Below, piece by piece: positions 35,813 to 46,601 of a stretch of DNA of 64,000 nucleotides (its first letter is position 1; each line of letters begins with the position of its first letter). The position numbers were made by a program, and so were the translations under genes. The DNA is from a virus (lineage: Duplodnaviria > Caudoviricetes), in the IMG/VR virus record IMGVR_UViG_3300028557_000038, positions 2,072-66,071 of that record, one strand, 5' to 3'. Under the pieces are notes generated by a model. That model searched no databases. It had not been told where the DNA came from and worked only from the letters and a program-made list of their open reading frames with translations.

Positions 35813-36289
35813 CTAACGGCTCTCTGTGGATGTAATTTCCTTCCAGCGCTTTACTAAAGCCTCTGTCAGGTCTTCGTGTTGGCTCCACTCTACACGAGCA
35901 GAACCGAGTAATCCTCTACGGTTGAATTCCTCAATCGAGGATTCTATCAGTGCACGAGTGTAAACTCGGTTACCGCCAGTCTTCTCACCTTTGAGTGTCT
36001 TAGACCGTAGACGATATGGAGCACGAGGGATGTATCCCTTGCGTTCCCATAAGCGGATAGTAACAATCGTCTTCTCCAATGCAAGCGCTAACGCACCGAT
36101 TGTGAATACTTCTGTCTCTACTCCACCCAATGTTTTAATGACTGGGTTTGAATCCCAACCATTACTCTCACCGCTTTTACGGCGAGAAACTTTTGGATCT
36201 AACTCACGACGCTTTTTCTTTGAACCAGGGATGTATTCGAGGTCAGCAAATGCTGCATCGATCTCGTCTTGTCCACGTAAGCCAGCCAT
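35813..36289 (-). CDS. MerR-like HTH DNA-binding protein
   Basis: FTIGALALAL....TIRLWERKGYIP...NRVYT. Confidence 0.75.
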   Translation of the reverse strand: MAGLRGQDEIDAAFADLEYIPGSKKKRRELDPKVSRRKSGESNGWDSNPVIKTLGGVETEVFTIGALALALEKTIVTIRLWERKGYIPRAPYRLRSKTLKGEKTGGNRVYTRALIESSIEEFNRRGLLGSARVEWSQHEDLTEALVKRWKEITSTESR

Positions 36290-36292
36290 GTG

Positions 36293-36727
36293 TTATCTCT
36301 TATTCATAACCAATGCCCACACAATCTTCTGTGGGTACATTAAGTCAATCTCTGATTCTGTAAGTTCGTCGTTGTAAAGAGCAGCCATTAGTGCATCTTC
36401 ATCTACAACACGAATTGTTTTGTACAGTTGATCTTCCATACCTTTTTCAGTAATGATTTCATCTGCAACAAGTTCATCAATCTTGCGTGATACACGGCGC
36501 TGCTTTACAACTGCACCAAACCCATTTACCTCTTCAGGTAGTTCAACAATGATGTTTCCCTTGTCATCTGTCTCACCCATCTCATCAAGAGTGGTGAATA
36601 GACGTTCACGAACTTCCTTCTGTTGCTTCTCAAGGAATTCGATCTGTTGTTTTAAGAAAGAATATTCTCTCGCATCTTTAATAAGCGGATCTTCTTCTCT
36701 TCCTTCTGTTGCTTTTACTCTTGCCAT
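36293..36727 (-). CDS. Hypothetical protein
   Basis: ORF track, GGGGG RBS. Confidence 0.65.
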   Translation of the reverse strand: MARVKATEGREEDPLIKDAREYSFLKQQIEFLEKQQKEVRERLFTTLDEMGETDDKGNIIVELPEEVNGFGAVVKQRRVSRKIDELVADEIITEKGMEDQLYKTIRVVDEDALMAALYNDELTESEIDLMYPQKIVWALVMNKR

Positions 36728-36735
36728 GTTTCCCC

Positions 36736-38292
36736 CTATGGTCTTGCTTTCTGTAAGAACCCTATCAGACTTCCAACTGTCAGATCGACTCCGCCCTTGG
36801 CGTTAATACCCTGGCCATCGATAACCGCATCGGCTACTGCGTTCTTCTGCTGGAGCATATCATGTTGGCGCTCCTCTATCGAATCGGCAATCAACATGTC
36901 TTGAATAGTGATACTAGGCCAGCGACTTGAGGCTCTCTTGATTCGTCCGTTGCGTTGGACAGCCAGCCCAGCACTCCAAGGTAGGTCGTAGTTCACCAGT
37001 AAGTTAGCGTTAGGTAGATCAACCCCGTATCCACCAGCATCTGAGGAGATGAATACTCTACACTCTGGGTCTGTAAGAAACTTGGTCTTGCTTGCTTCTT
37101 TCTCCTTGGCGTTCATGTAGCCCGTGTACAGAGTCCCACCAACTTCTTTCTGTATGGTTTCTAGCATTCCAACCCATGAAGTAAAGATGACTACCTTTGC
37201 ATCTGGATCAGTATCTAAGTGATCTTTTACATACACCTTGAGTGCATCTAACTTCGGGGTCTTTGTTACCCCATCAAGTAAGTCTCTTGTCTTAAGGCTG
37301 TTGACGTAAGCACTGCCTTCACCTAGATGCTCATCAAACTTATCTGCACTCTTGTGTAATAGGTTGGGATCATCACACAGCATACGCAGTGCAGTGATCT
37401 TTGACATGATCGATCCACGCAACTGATCTGCAGGACTTCCTGGCTTGCTGTCGTGTCCGTAGTGAGCCATCAGTGAGAAGTTAGCACCTAGTAACTGCTG
37501 TGCTTCAAAGAGTTCGTTGCTTAGTTCATCAGCGATGAAGTTGTAGAGGTAAGACGTCTTCTTATCAAAGGCAATAAACATAGGGTCACGATGAATAGTG
37601 TCTGGAAGATATGGAGCAACGTCTGCATCTGTCTGAACCTTTCTTACTGAGGAACTCTGCATCTTCTGATGAAAGAGCGGTAGGTTTCGGTAGCGTTGTA
37701 CGCCACCAAAGTGATTGCGAACAATGAAGGTCTGATCAAATAGATCAAATCGACCCAGAAGAGTTGGGTCTACAAACTGCATAATGCTGTATACCTCTTC
37801 GGGTCTGCCGTTCTCAATAGGTGTTCCAGTCAATGCGAAACGAATAGGTATACCGTTAGATAACTTCTTGACAGCCTTTGATCTCTTCGACTTAAACCCT
37901 TTGATAGCGGTGGCTTCGTCACAGACGATTGCTCCCCACTCATACTCTGTCAGTAGATCCCAGTCGCCTACTACTGTCTCGTAGTTACAGATGACATAGT
38001 CTGTACGCTCCTGCCAGCGCTTAGCACGGACTGTCTTAGAGCCATCTACCACAGTGGTGGTGGAGTTAGAGAACTTCTTGATCTCCTTCTCCCACTGGTA
38101 TTTCAAACTAGATAGGGCAATTACTAATACTGGCTTTGTAATTACACCGTTGTCTTTTAACTCCTCTATGGAGGCGATAGTCATGCAGGTCTTACCTAAG
38201 CCCATCTCATAAGCAACAAGCATCTTCTTGCGCTCCACCATACGGTCTACAGCCTCTACCTGGTAGGGCTTCAGGGTTCCCTTAAATGTCAT
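36736..38292 (-). CDS. SNF2-family helicase
   Basis: EMGLGKT, CDEAT, LTGTPIEN, GGYGVDL, QRNGRIKR. Confidence 0.9.
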   Translation of the reverse strand: MTFKGTLKPYQVEAVDRMVERKKMLVAYEMGLGKTCMTIASIEELKDNGVITKPVLVIALSSLKYQWEKEIKKFSNSTTTVVDGSKTVRAKRWQERTDYVICNYETVVGDWDLLTEYEWGAIVCDEATAIKGFKSKRSKAVKKLSNGIPIRFALTGTPIENGRPEEVYSIMQFVDPTLLGRFDLFDQTFIVRNHFGGVQRYRNLPLFHQKMQSSSVRKVQTDADVAPYLPDTIHRDPMFIAFDKKTSYLYNFIADELSNELFEAQQLLGANFSLMAHYGHDSKPGSPADQLRGSIMSKITALRMLCDDPNLLHKSADKFDEHLGEGSAYVNSLKTRDLLDGVTKTPKLDALKVYVKDHLDTDPDAKVVIFTSWVGMLETIQKEVGGTLYTGYMNAKEKEASKTKFLTDPECRVFISSDAGGYGVDLPNANLLVNYDLPWSAGLAVQRNGRIKRASSRWPSITIQDMLIADSIEERQHDMLQQKNAVADAVIDGQGINAKGGVDLTVGSLIGFLQKARP

Positions 38293-38458
38293 TGTCTATC
38301 GGGGTTGGTGCTGTGGCTAGTGTTCCGCAGAGTGCACATTCCATGTCTAGCATGTACAGGGAAATTTCCCCATCCTCAAACATTGCTTGTACATTCCATA
38401 GCATTGATCCGCATACGCAGATATGTAAGGGGCGATCCTTATCACGCAAATCCATCAT
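38282..38458 (-). CDS. Small zinc-binding protein
   Basis: Not in track; MMDLRDKDRPLHICVCGS...ECALCG. Confidence 0.6.
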   Translation of the reverse strand: MMDLRDKDRPLHICVCGSMLWNVQAMFEDGEISLYMLDMECALCGTLATAPTPIDNDI

Positions 38459-39390
38459 AGGTACGCCGCCTTGCCGTAGATCATGTCCCGTGCCTTACTT
38501 ACTCCGTAGTGAATCTGATCCTCAATCATATCTCCTACATCTTTCACATCTACACCTGTGTAGTTGAAGTAAGAAAGTTCAATACCGTACTTGCGAGCAT
38601 GACCACGCATCTCTTCTGATGCCTTCTGTCCTGCGCCATCATTATCGAATGCTGCAATCACCTTTGTTGCACGGCGCATGATCTTAACTTGCTCAACGCT
38701 AGGCATCGCACCGTAGGTTGAGATCGAGTTGTAACCAAGCCCAACTAATCTGACCGCATCAAGTGGAGACTCCACAACAATCAGTGGTGCATCTTCTTTC
38801 AGTATCTGCACATTGAAAACAGTCTTGGACTTCTTAACGCCCTGAGGTTGATTGCGAAAGAAACGACCACGAGCACCCTTCTCTTGCCAACCCCACAATG
38901 AAAAGTCATTGGGGTCTCTGATAGGGAGTATCCATGCAGTGTTCTTCTCGTCCCACAGTACGCCACAGGCTTCTACCGCTTCTACTGTTAGGAACCTCTT
39001 CTTTAATTCGATTGCTGGCGGTGTGGTGTACACAGCCAAACGAGCCTCTGACATTCCAATCGGATGTGCTTCGGCTTGAATGTACTCTGGCAGTTCCTTG
39101 ATGCGTCTCATCAGTGCATCAATCGGCATGTCTTCTTTATCGTTTACATACTCACGAGCCTCGTGGTAGTCGATGCCTTTGATGTCTGCAACTAAGGTGT
39201 AGATGTTCCCCTTGTAACCACAGGAGAAACAGATGTGTGCACCAGTCTCGGAGTTAATCCACCAAGAAGGATTGTGATCTTCTTTACCTGTGCGCTTCTT
39301 GTGCATTGGACACAACCCATTAACCTCAATGCCACGCTGTGCATACAGTGGGAGGTCTAATGAAAGGAGAACACGCTCTACATCAATCAC
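38455..39390 (-). CDS. DNA primase (zinc finger + TOPRIM)
   Basis: CPMH...CFSCG; VVESPLD; AFDND; GTG at 39390. Confidence 0.9.
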   Translation of the reverse strand: MIDVERVLLSLDLPLYAQRGIEVNGLCPMHKKRTGKEDHNPSWWINSETGAHICFSCGYKGNIYTLVADIKGIDYHEAREYVNDKEDMPIDALMRRIKELPEYIQAEAHPIGMSEARLAVYTTPPAIELKKRFLTVEAVEACGVLWDEKNTAWILPIRDPNDFSLWGWQEKGARGRFFRNQPQGVKKSKTVFNVQILKEDAPLIVVESPLDAVRLVGLGYNSISTYGAMPSVEQVKIMRRATKVIAAFDNDGAGQKASEEMRGHARKYGIELSYFNYTGVDVKDVGDMIEDQIHYGVSKARDMIYGKAAYL

Positions 39391-40637
39391 ATTCGGTTCC
39401 AGTTCGAACAGTAAACACACTTCAACATCTCATCTTCATCGTGGAAACAGCCAGTCTCCCAGCGCCATGTAAGCGCTGTCTCGCTAGGTCCACAGTTACG
39501 AGATGCAACGATCTTGAGTAAACGGATCTCTTCATCTTCTTCTACTGGCTCAAGACCAAGGATCACATCTGAGTCCTGAAAGAATGAAGATGAATAACCG
39601 ATTGAGTCAGCAGTAACTTTTCCAGCACGCATCTTCCACAGCAGAGTCTGTGTAGTAATAATCACTGGCTTCTGGATTCGTTGCGCTAACCGCTTAAGTC
39701 CACGAGTGATGTTAGTAATTGCTTGTGGTGTATTCATCTCGCCACTTACTTCATCAAGCATCAAATACACACCATCAACAAACACAATGTCTGGCTTGGT
39801 CTGTTCGATCTTTGCAGCAAGTGATGAGACTGTAATTCCGTTGACTGCATCTACAAGGTGGAAGGAGTGCTCCTTCTCCATCTCGTTGAGTGTGTCAATG
39901 TAGCGAGCCTCTTCTGCTGGTAATAACTTTCCACGACGCAAACGACCATGCGAGATGTGAGCACGCATCGCATCATGACGTTGTTGTTGTTCGTGGTTGT
40001 TCATCTCAAAAGATTGGAACATAGGAATCTTTCCACCCTTGTGCACATTGATCGCCACCTGTAATGCGATCTGTGACTTACCAGTCTTTGGTGGAGCGAT
40101 GATCGTAATCAACTGACCAGACTGTAGTCCTGCAGTTGCTTCATCAATCTTTGCAAACCCTGTAGGTATTCCTAAGAAGGTTGAGTTCTGCAGTGATTGG
40201 TATTCCTTATAACGTTCTTCGGTGTTCTTAGTAAGATCGATCTCGTGAGTTCCGAGGACACCCTGCTCGTTGACTTTGGTGATCGTTGCTTCCATAGCAA
40301 GCAGAGCAGCATCGTGATCGTTGTCTTGTAGTTGCTCGATCGCATTCTCAAGACCTTGACGAGTAAGGAGGCGACGACGGAAGTCAACGATAGTGTCAAG
40401 AAGATACTCGATGTTGTCTTGAACATCTAAGACTTTATAATTTGGGTAGTGATCTTTAACAGTTACAGCAGTAGGTACTTCGCTGTACTCGCCGTAATGT
40501 TTACGGACAAAATCCCAGACTCTCTTGTTGTCATCATCTAAGAACCATGCATTGGTAACACCACGTTGTAGTGCTGGAACAATGTCTCGATCTCGAATGA
40601 CCTTGCTGACTAAGCGATGCTCATTGTCAGATGCCAT
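39387..40637 (-). CDS. dnaB: DnaB-like replicative helicase
   Basis: GIPTGF, APPKTGKS, SFEM, VFVDGVYL, FFQDSD. Confidence 0.9.
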   Translation of the reverse strand: MASDNEHRLVSKVIRDRDIVPALQRGVTNAWFLDDDNKRVWDFVRKHYGEYSEVPTAVTVKDHYPNYKVLDVQDNIEYLLDTIVDFRRRLLTRQGLENAIEQLQDNDHDAALLAMEATITKVNEQGVLGTHEIDLTKNTEERYKEYQSLQNSTFLGIPTGFAKIDEATAGLQSGQLITIIAPPKTGKSQIALQVAINVHKGGKIPMFQSFEMNNHEQQQRHDAMRAHISHGRLRRGKLLPAEEARYIDTLNEMEKEHSFHLVDAVNGITVSSLAAKIEQTKPDIVFVDGVYLMLDEVSGEMNTPQAITNITRGLKRLAQRIQKPVIITTQTLLWKMRAGKVTADSIGYSSSFFQDSDVILGLEPVEEDEEIRLLKIVASRNCGPSETALTWRWETGCFHDEDEMLKCVYCSNWNRM

Positions 40638-40650
40638 TTAGTGTCCCCTC

Positions 40651-41067
40651 TTACATATTGTCTATTTGTACTCCTGCTGATCCGTATCGTGCAACTCTTC
40701 CAGGGATGTCGATGACGCCCCGTAGATTAGCACGGTATGGGATGCCAGCGACTAACTCATCTGGACTCTCATAGAGTTGCCAGTAGTTAAATGGATTGAC
40801 CACACGCTTTTCTAACTTGTCGAATGCTTTCTCAAGTAACTCTTCTGTCCAGCCATGATCTTCGTAGCCAGCCAACTCAAGTGAGACGCCGTACTTGTTT
40901 GCGAGGTTCCACAATTTGTTTGCATTCTGTAGATCGATGTTGCCAATCTTGTACTCGATCTTCTTTGACAAAAGTTTTCTAGTCTCTTCTTCAATCAATG
41001 CAATCACTACATCAGTAAGGCACACTACCTGGAGAGATGAGACATTTGAAATGTCCCCGCCTTTCAT
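40651..41067 (-). CDS. Hypothetical protein
   Basis: ORF track, operon packing. Confidence 0.65.
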   Translation of the reverse strand: MKGGDISNVSSLQVVCLTDVVIALIEEETRKLLSKKIEYKIGNIDLQNANKLWNLANKYGVSLELAGYEDHGWTEELLEKAFDKLEKRVVNPFNYWQLYESPDELVAGIPYRANLRGVIDIPGRVARYGSAGVQIDNM

Positions 41068-41372
41068 ATGACTTCTACTTTAGCGTACTTGACCACGAAT
41101 TCACGAAACTTCTTCGGGTCATCGCTTGCCTCTACCGCTAGGTCCTCAGAGATATCTGTAGGAACGAGTATTGAGTAGTGACCTCTGTTGTAGCGCATCT
41201 TGTTCTGAACAAATAATGCGTGCTTGCATGTGGCTGTCTTACGCCACACAGGGCAGTTGCATCGTGTCTTCTTTGTTTCAGTATCGACTTCAACTTCAAA
41301 AATACCAGCAGCCTGAGCAGAGATAAAAACTTGAACGGTTCTCCAAGGAGACTCCATGCTCTTACCTCTCAT
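41064..41372 (-). CDS. SWIM zinc-finger protein
   Basis: CNCP...CKH. Confidence 0.7.
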   Translation of the reverse strand: MRGKSMESPWRTVQVFISAQAAGIFEVEVDTETKKTRCNCPVWRKTATCKHALFVQNKMRYNRGHYSILVPTDISEDLAVEASDDPKKFREFVVKYAKVEVI

Positions 41373-42091
41373 TGTGCTGCTCGCAGGTCAGAACCAATGA
41401 TAGGGACTCTAATAAATGCTTCGTGTGCGAAACTTGCCATCGCTTCTTTGTACTCAGATTCCCAATCTTCTAGTCTAACATTTGTAGTCACGATTGTGGG
41501 TAGAGCCTTGTCGTATCTTAACCTGAGAATTTCATCGAATGAACTGTCGTCATACTTAGATCCGTACTCTTTACCAAGATCATCAATGACAAGTATGCGA
41601 ACATTAAGCCAGTCAAACTTCGAGCGTCCGTGAAAGCCATCAAGTTCATAAACCATATTGCGCTTATCATCGTGATCCGCATCGAAGGTTGACTTTTTTC
41701 TAGACAAAAATTCTGGGTAGGTCATGTAGTAGATCGGTCTAGCGCTTAGCCCGTAATCAGATGCTGTCAGACCCAGGATCTTTGCAGCCTCAACATCATC
41801 TTCTGGAAGTCTTCGGATGAACTCCATAGCAGCAACTACTGCGTGAGTCGTCTTACCAATTCCTGGACCTCCATCAAACAATAGCCCGACACCGTTAATG
41901 CCGATGTTGCCAATCTGCTTGATCACCTGACCGCCAATTGCATCATCAATCCACGTCGATACCTCGCTAGGAAACTCTCCAGCCCTGTCGATTATGTCTT
42001 GCTGTTCAAGACCTAGAAAGCGACGTGGGATATTTGAGGTACGCAGTAGCCAGTGCTTCTTTAAAGCAGACAGTTGATTGATGTCGTACAT
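41369..42091 (-). CDS. DnaC/IstB-like helicase loader ATPase
   Basis: GGPGIGKT, LVIDDLGKE, PTIVTTN. Confidence 0.85.
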   Translation of the reverse strand: MYDINQLSALKKHWLLRTSNIPRRFLGLEQQDIIDRAGEFPSEVSTWIDDAIGGQVIKQIGNIGINGVGLLFDGGPGIGKTTHAVVAAMEFIRRLPEDDVEAAKILGLTASDYGLSARPIYYMTYPEFLSRKKSTFDADHDDKRNMVYELDGFHGRSKFDWLNVRILVIDDLGKEYGSKYDDSSFDEILRLRYDKALPTIVTTNVRLEDWESEYKEAMASFAHEAFIRVPIIGSDLRAAQ

Positions 42092-42099
42092 GGTTCCCG

Positions 42100-42426
42100 T
42101 TACTTAGTAAATGTGAAAGTGTTATCAACCTTAAAGGTTAGTGATCCAGCAAATGCTGTTGGCTTTCCCTTTGCATCAAGTGCTCCAGTTGCAACCATTT
42201 TGACTGACTTGCGAGGTGTGTGCTTGAGGACTTGCTCCTTGACCCAGCGCTTTGCGGCAGATGCGTTCTTCCATGCGGTGTACTCGCTGATGCCTTCTGC
42301 AGGTTGGATAGAGTTAACAGACTCTCCAGCAGGTCGCTGTGCGCTAACGATTGCAAGCCATCCGCCAGCCTTCTCGGTGTTCAAAGTAATTGTTGCTACA
42401 AATGTTGCTTCGACTTTCTTAGCCAT
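42100..42426 (-). CDS. Hypothetical protein
   Basis: ORF track, GAGGAG RBS. Confidence 0.65.
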   Translation of the reverse strand: MAKKVEATFVATITLNTEKAGGWLAIVSAQRPAGESVNSIQPAEGISEYTAWKNASAAKRWVKEQVLKHTPRKSVKMVATGALDAKGKPTAFAGSLTFKVDNTFTFTK

Positions 42427-42559
42427 TGTTCTTCTCCTCTAGTAGTTGTCTTACTTGCTTTTGTAAAAAGACGTTCTCTCTCCAAAACAAACACATCACA
42501 GTTACTGAACCAGCAAGTGCAATAATGACTGCAATCATCGTTCCTGTATCTAGAATCAT
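42419..42559 (-). CDS. Small membrane protein
   Basis: MILDTGTMIAVIIALAGSVTVMCLFW... Confidence 0.5.
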   Translation of the reverse strand: MILDTGTMIAVIIALAGSVTVMCLFWRENVFLQKQVRQLLEEKNNG

Positions 42560-43533
42560 TTATCTGCTCCTAATCTTTTTTCGTATCGCTCTAGTTGTGC
42601 ACGACCAGATAATGAATTCTGGAAGACCTTGCCATCGCTGGCTGTAAGGGTGGAGACCTTAACAGATGTATCGACCTTAGCATTGACTTTGTTTAGCCCC
42701 AAATTTTCACGGGCTTGGTTCATCTTCTTGCCAAAGGATGCAAGGTACAACTTGTAAAGATGGGGTGCCTCATCCCCGATGTTTTGGAAGTTGCGCTCAT
42801 CTGCCATAAACAACTTGAGCAGTTCCAACTCGACTAGGGCTGTGGTCTGGTATTGCTTTCTGAATTTGCTGAGGGCTCCTGATAACTGTCTGACGTTAAC
42901 GGTGCCTGGGAGGAGCGGGTAGCGTTTACCAACTCGATATGAGAATTCAGCAGCGACGTCCATGGGAGTCCATTCATGCTCAGGTCGCTTGCCTCTGGTC
43001 TTTGGGTCGGACTTGCGGATCTTCGGTTGAACAACGTCCCGCTCCTCAACAAGGCCGAAGCCTGCAAGATTGTCTGAATCATCTTCCCATTTTCTCATAG
43101 GTACTCGTATCTCTTTCATTGAAACACCTTCGGTGTTTCTAATATCTTTTAATTGATTACTATCTTTGCTATTAGGTACTAATGACTTATTAGTAATATG
43201 GCTACGTGACTTATAGTCATGTGAGGTGTGGACATTTGCGTCCCCTAGGTTAGGGAACTCTAGCGTCCCGCTTGGGCTTGTAATGTCCAGTAAGTCTATC
43301 CCACGGTATCCGTTGGCTCTCTTGGTCCGAGTTCGCTTGATGAAGCCAGCCTCTTCCAAGGCTGCAAGGCCTCTACGGACGGTCTTCTCATGGACGTTGC
43401 CAGTCTCTATACCAAGTTGGGCTGCTGAGGCCTGCAGACGGCCTCCAGAGCCCGCTAAGTGGCATATGGTAGACAGCAGTCGGAACTGATAATCGGTCAG
43501 GTCAGCGGTATAGGCCTCATGTGGGATTCTCAC
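42556..43533 (-). CDS. Replication initiator-like HTH protein
   Basis: N-terminal wHTH (KTVRRGLAALEEAGFI) upstream of loader and helicase. Confidence 0.65.
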   Translation of the reverse strand: MRIPHEAYTADLTDYQFRLLSTICHLAGSGGRLQASAAQLGIETGNVHEKTVRRGLAALEEAGFIKRTRTKRANGYRGIDLLDITSPSGTLEFPNLGDANVHTSHDYKSRSHITNKSLVPNSKDSNQLKDIRNTEGVSMKEIRVPMRKWEDDSDNLAGFGLVEERDVVQPKIRKSDPKTRGKRPEHEWTPMDVAAEFSYRVGKRYPLLPGTVNVRQLSGALSKFRKQYQTTALVELELLKLFMADERNFQNIGDEAPHLYKLYLASFGKKMNQARENLGLNKVNAKVDTSVKVSTLTASDGKVFQNSLSGRAQLERYEKRLGADK

Positions 43534-44117
43534 AGGGTGTCGTCATCCTTGAAGGGGTTGATGTCCTTGGTGCCTAACTCCTGCTCCAGCCGCTCTGTGA
43601 TGGTGTCCATCAGGGTATCCAAGACCGAAGAGGCTATGTAGGCAGAGAAGATCTCGATGAAGGAGGCGAGGCTCTCCTGCATGGCATCATGCAACTCCTC
43701 CGTAGTGTCCTCTGTGTAATCCATCTCGATGGGATTGAGTGTGCCCTTGATGTTCCACATCTCAAGGCCAAAATCCTCTAGAGAGTGTAGAGTCATGTGT
43801 GCCTCATCAGAGTCATCCCATGCCATGGCAAGGATGTCATCTGGAGTAATCAAGTTTAGTAACTCTTTGATTGGATTACTGCAGATAGTTATCTGATCTG
43901 CTTCTTCCTCTAGTCCATCCATAGTAGTCTCTACATCTAGGTAGATTTTAAAGTCTATACCCTGCTCTTTAACGGCATTGATTGCAGTTTCTGTAAATAC
44001 TCCTCTAGTGATTACTGGAATAAGAACTTCACTCACATATTCTTTGCCGAGTAATTCTACAAGCGGGTAGTACACATCAGCGCTTGGGTCAAAAGTTAAT
44101 AAGATCATCCGCTTCAT
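43530..44117 (-). CDS. Acidic hypothetical protein
   Basis: ORF track. Confidence 0.65.
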   Translation of the reverse strand: MKRMILLTFDPSADVYYPLVELLGKEYVSEVLIPVITRGVFTETAINAVKEQGIDFKIYLDVETTMDGLEEEADQITICSNPIKELLNLITPDDILAMAWDDSDEAHMTLHSLEDFGLEMWNIKGTLNPIEMDYTEDTTEELHDAMQESLASFIEIFSAYIASSVLDTLMDTITERLEQELGTKDINPFKDDDTL

Positions 44118-44126
44118 GTTGTTCCC

Positions 44127-44396
44127 CTATAGTCGTGGTAGTCGTTGTTGTACAACCCTTGGTTTATTTAAGTACTTGCTAAGTAGAAGTGCAACTGTAG
44201 CAATAGCGGGGACTGCAATTATGAATTGCATGTCTAAAGAGTTTTGGGAAATTAAAGCGCCAAAACTTAATGGAAGTGTTAAGAATTTATTGAGGAGAGG
44301 AACGCCAAACATACCTGTCGTAATAAGTTCTATGAACTCTATGACGTAGGTAACTGCAACTCCAGCAATGAGGATCGTGATAAGTAGGTCAACCAT
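44127..44396 (-). CDS. Membrane protein (holin-like topology)
   Basis: Three hydrophobic segments, basic C-terminus. Confidence 0.4.
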   Translation of the reverse strand: MVDLLITILIAGVAVTYVIEFIELITTGMFGVPLLNKFLTLPLSFGALISQNSLDMQFIIAVPAIATVALLLSKYLNKPRVVQQRLPRL

Positions 44397-44406
44397 GACC
44401 TGGAGC

Positions 44407-46587
44407 CTACACCGTCAGGTTGGTAAACTCCACCCCAGCAAATGAACGGAGACGCCAGAAAGAGTTAGGAGGAACCCAACCATCAAGCGTCTGTGCCAAA
44501 CGAGGTATCTTAAAAGGCTTGTTAGGGTATAGGTGTGTAGGAGATTCGTTAGGAGTGCCTTCCCATACAGCGCCAAATTGTGAGGCAAGGCTGCCGTCGT
44601 AGTAGTCAGAGGCAAATGGAGACGCCTCTAGTTGAACTGCATCAACCCATGCCTCTTCTCCTGAGTCTGCGTCAAACTCGATGGTCGCCGTTGCCGTCAG
44701 ATCAACAGTGACATCATCTGCATCTACATATGTTGTGACTGTAAATCTTTGCCAATCAGTGCTGAGTGTAAACTCACTACTTACCTCTGCTGCTAATCCA
44801 ACTCCATCATCTTCTGGTGTCAGAGTGATCGTGCCAGTACTTGTTGTCGAGCCCTTAGCGTAGAAGGAAAATGTGTAGTACTTGTCTAGTACTGGTAGAG
44901 ATCCAGTAGTTGTTTCTATAGTTGCTCCAGAAGAGATGTCAAGATTAAGTGACTCTGTTCCTCCACTGATGTCGTCTGGAGCAACAGAGACTACTGAACT
45001 ATCGTCTGCTGTGATGATCCATTGATTTGTGTTTTCTTCAAATGACGGGTTCTTAATGTAATTAATCTTTGAAGAGTCAAGAAAGATATCGATTGCTCTT
45101 GCTTCGTCGTAGTCGACTGTGTCTCCTGATTGAACACACACTTGATCTACGTAGTAGGTACCAGCAGCAGAGTATGAGATCCCAAGAGAGGCATACTTTG
45201 CTTCTAGAGTCTTTACTGAACCAGTGCCTGTTGCAGTTCCTGTGTAAGCGTTTGCAACTGTGAAGGTATCTGATGTAACCGCTGTGATAGTGACGTTACT
45301 TAAGTTAACGGCAGTTGTAGAAAATCCAGTGATTGTTACTACTGAACCAACAAGGTAGGTATGAGGATCGTCTGTGGTGTAGACAATAGAGCCTGATGAC
45401 CCCACTGCTCCTGTCAACACTGCTGTTTGAGCCGCTGGTGCATCCGTGATAACGCTTGCACTCTTCCAGGTGTTGTTTGCAGCAACTGCTGTTCCTGCTT
45501 TGCTAAATAACAAGGTTGTATTCTTATCGTAGTAGTAGATTTGTGGAGTTATGTTTCCTGCACTTGTAGGAGACTTCAACTTCAAAGACATAATGTACTC
45601 GGTACCAGCCGTTACTGGAACGCCTTTAGTGATGGGCAGTAAGTTTCCAAGACTCATCAAACCTGCACCACTCGCAATGATCTTGCAGGTGTCTGTCCCG
45701 TCGATGACGTTGTCGCCAGTGTCTGCAACTTGTTCTGTGCTTGATGAGAGAGTGGCGTTAGTTGCTGTCCAATTCCCTACTGAACCGTAGAACGTGCTGT
45801 CTTGTACAGATAGTAATAGGTTCTCAGAAAGAGTAAGTGTGGGTGCATACCCTGTTAGAGATTCTGCGTAAGTCTGGATACCGTCGGATAGACCTTTGTG
45901 AGTGTACATAAAAATTGCTTCACGAATAAGGCGCTTCTGATTTGTTACTGGAAGATTTGGTTCTAGATCTAAACCGAAGTTCAAAGTCTCAATAGGCAAT
46001 AAAGCAAATGCACCAGACTCAAATGAGTGGTTAGGTCGTAGCAAGTCAATCTGAGTCAACAGTTGTTCGTAGGTAAATGACATACCTTCCATAAAGGCAT
46101 ACAGTGCTGAGTTCTCATCTGTTACACCTAATGGGCTTTGGATCTGGCTTGTGAATACTTTTGGAATAATATCCATAATTCTTTTTTGAGCATTATGATC
46201 TGAAGGGACAGTGTCTGTAATCTGTCCAGCCACTACCCAGTAACCAGCATCAATAAACAAAAACATACGATAGTAAACCTGTTGACCAGGAGTAATAGGT
46301 GGGATAGCAATTTCAGCATCATCAGAGTCAACGAAGGTTGATCGAGTCACAGTTCCTTCAGTTGCAGCCTCTTCCCAAACTACAATTCCATCTTCTGCTG
46401 TTTCTGGAAATCCTGTTTGATTTCTTACGAGACGGATCTTTGTAAAGTTTCCTGTTGGGGTTTGCCACTCAACACGTGTCTTGGTGAAGTCTAAGACCAC
46501 CAAGTCCATCGGTTCAACAGAGAAAGCAAGTCGTGGTTGTAGTCCATACTTTGCACTTGCATAACTAAAATTACCGTAACGTGCCAC
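44407..46587 (-). CDS. Baseplate wedge/tail protein with carbohydrate-binding-like domains
   Basis: RLIREAIFMYTHKG (P2 gpI-like), NPSFE...WQRF...DAVQLE CBM-like repeats. Confidence 0.7.
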   Translation of the reverse strand: MARYGNFSYASAKYGLQPRLAFSVEPMDLVVLDFTKTRVEWQTPTGNFTKIRLVRNQTGFPETAEDGIVVWEEAATEGTVTRSTFVDSDDAEIAIPPITPGQQVYYRMFLFIDAGYWVVAGQITDTVPSDHNAQKRIMDIIPKVFTSQIQSPLGVTDENSALYAFMEGMSFTYEQLLTQIDLLRPNHSFESGAFALLPIETLNFGLDLEPNLPVTNQKRLIREAIFMYTHKGLSDGIQTYAESLTGYAPTLTLSENLLLSVQDSTFYGSVGNWTATNATLSSSTEQVADTGDNVIDGTDTCKIIASGAGLMSLGNLLPITKGVPVTAGTEYIMSLKLKSPTSAGNITPQIYYYDKNTTLLFSKAGTAVAANNTWKSASVITDAPAAQTAVLTGAVGSSGSIVYTTDDPHTYLVGSVVTITGFSTTAVNLSNVTITAVTSDTFTVANAYTGTATGTGSVKTLEAKYASLGISYSAAGTYYVDQVCVQSGDTVDYDEARAIDIFLDSSKINYIKNPSFEENTNQWIITADDSSVVSVAPDDISGGTESLNLDISSGATIETTTGSLPVLDKYYTFSFYAKGSTTSTGTITLTPEDDGVGLAAEVSSEFTLSTDWQRFTVTTYVDADDVTVDLTATATIEFDADSGEEAWVDAVQLEASPFASDYYDGSLASQFGAVWEGTPNESPTHLYPNKPFKIPRLAQTLDGWVPPNSFWRLRSFAGVEFTNLTV

Positions 46588-46601
46588 GAGTTAGTTACTC
46601 C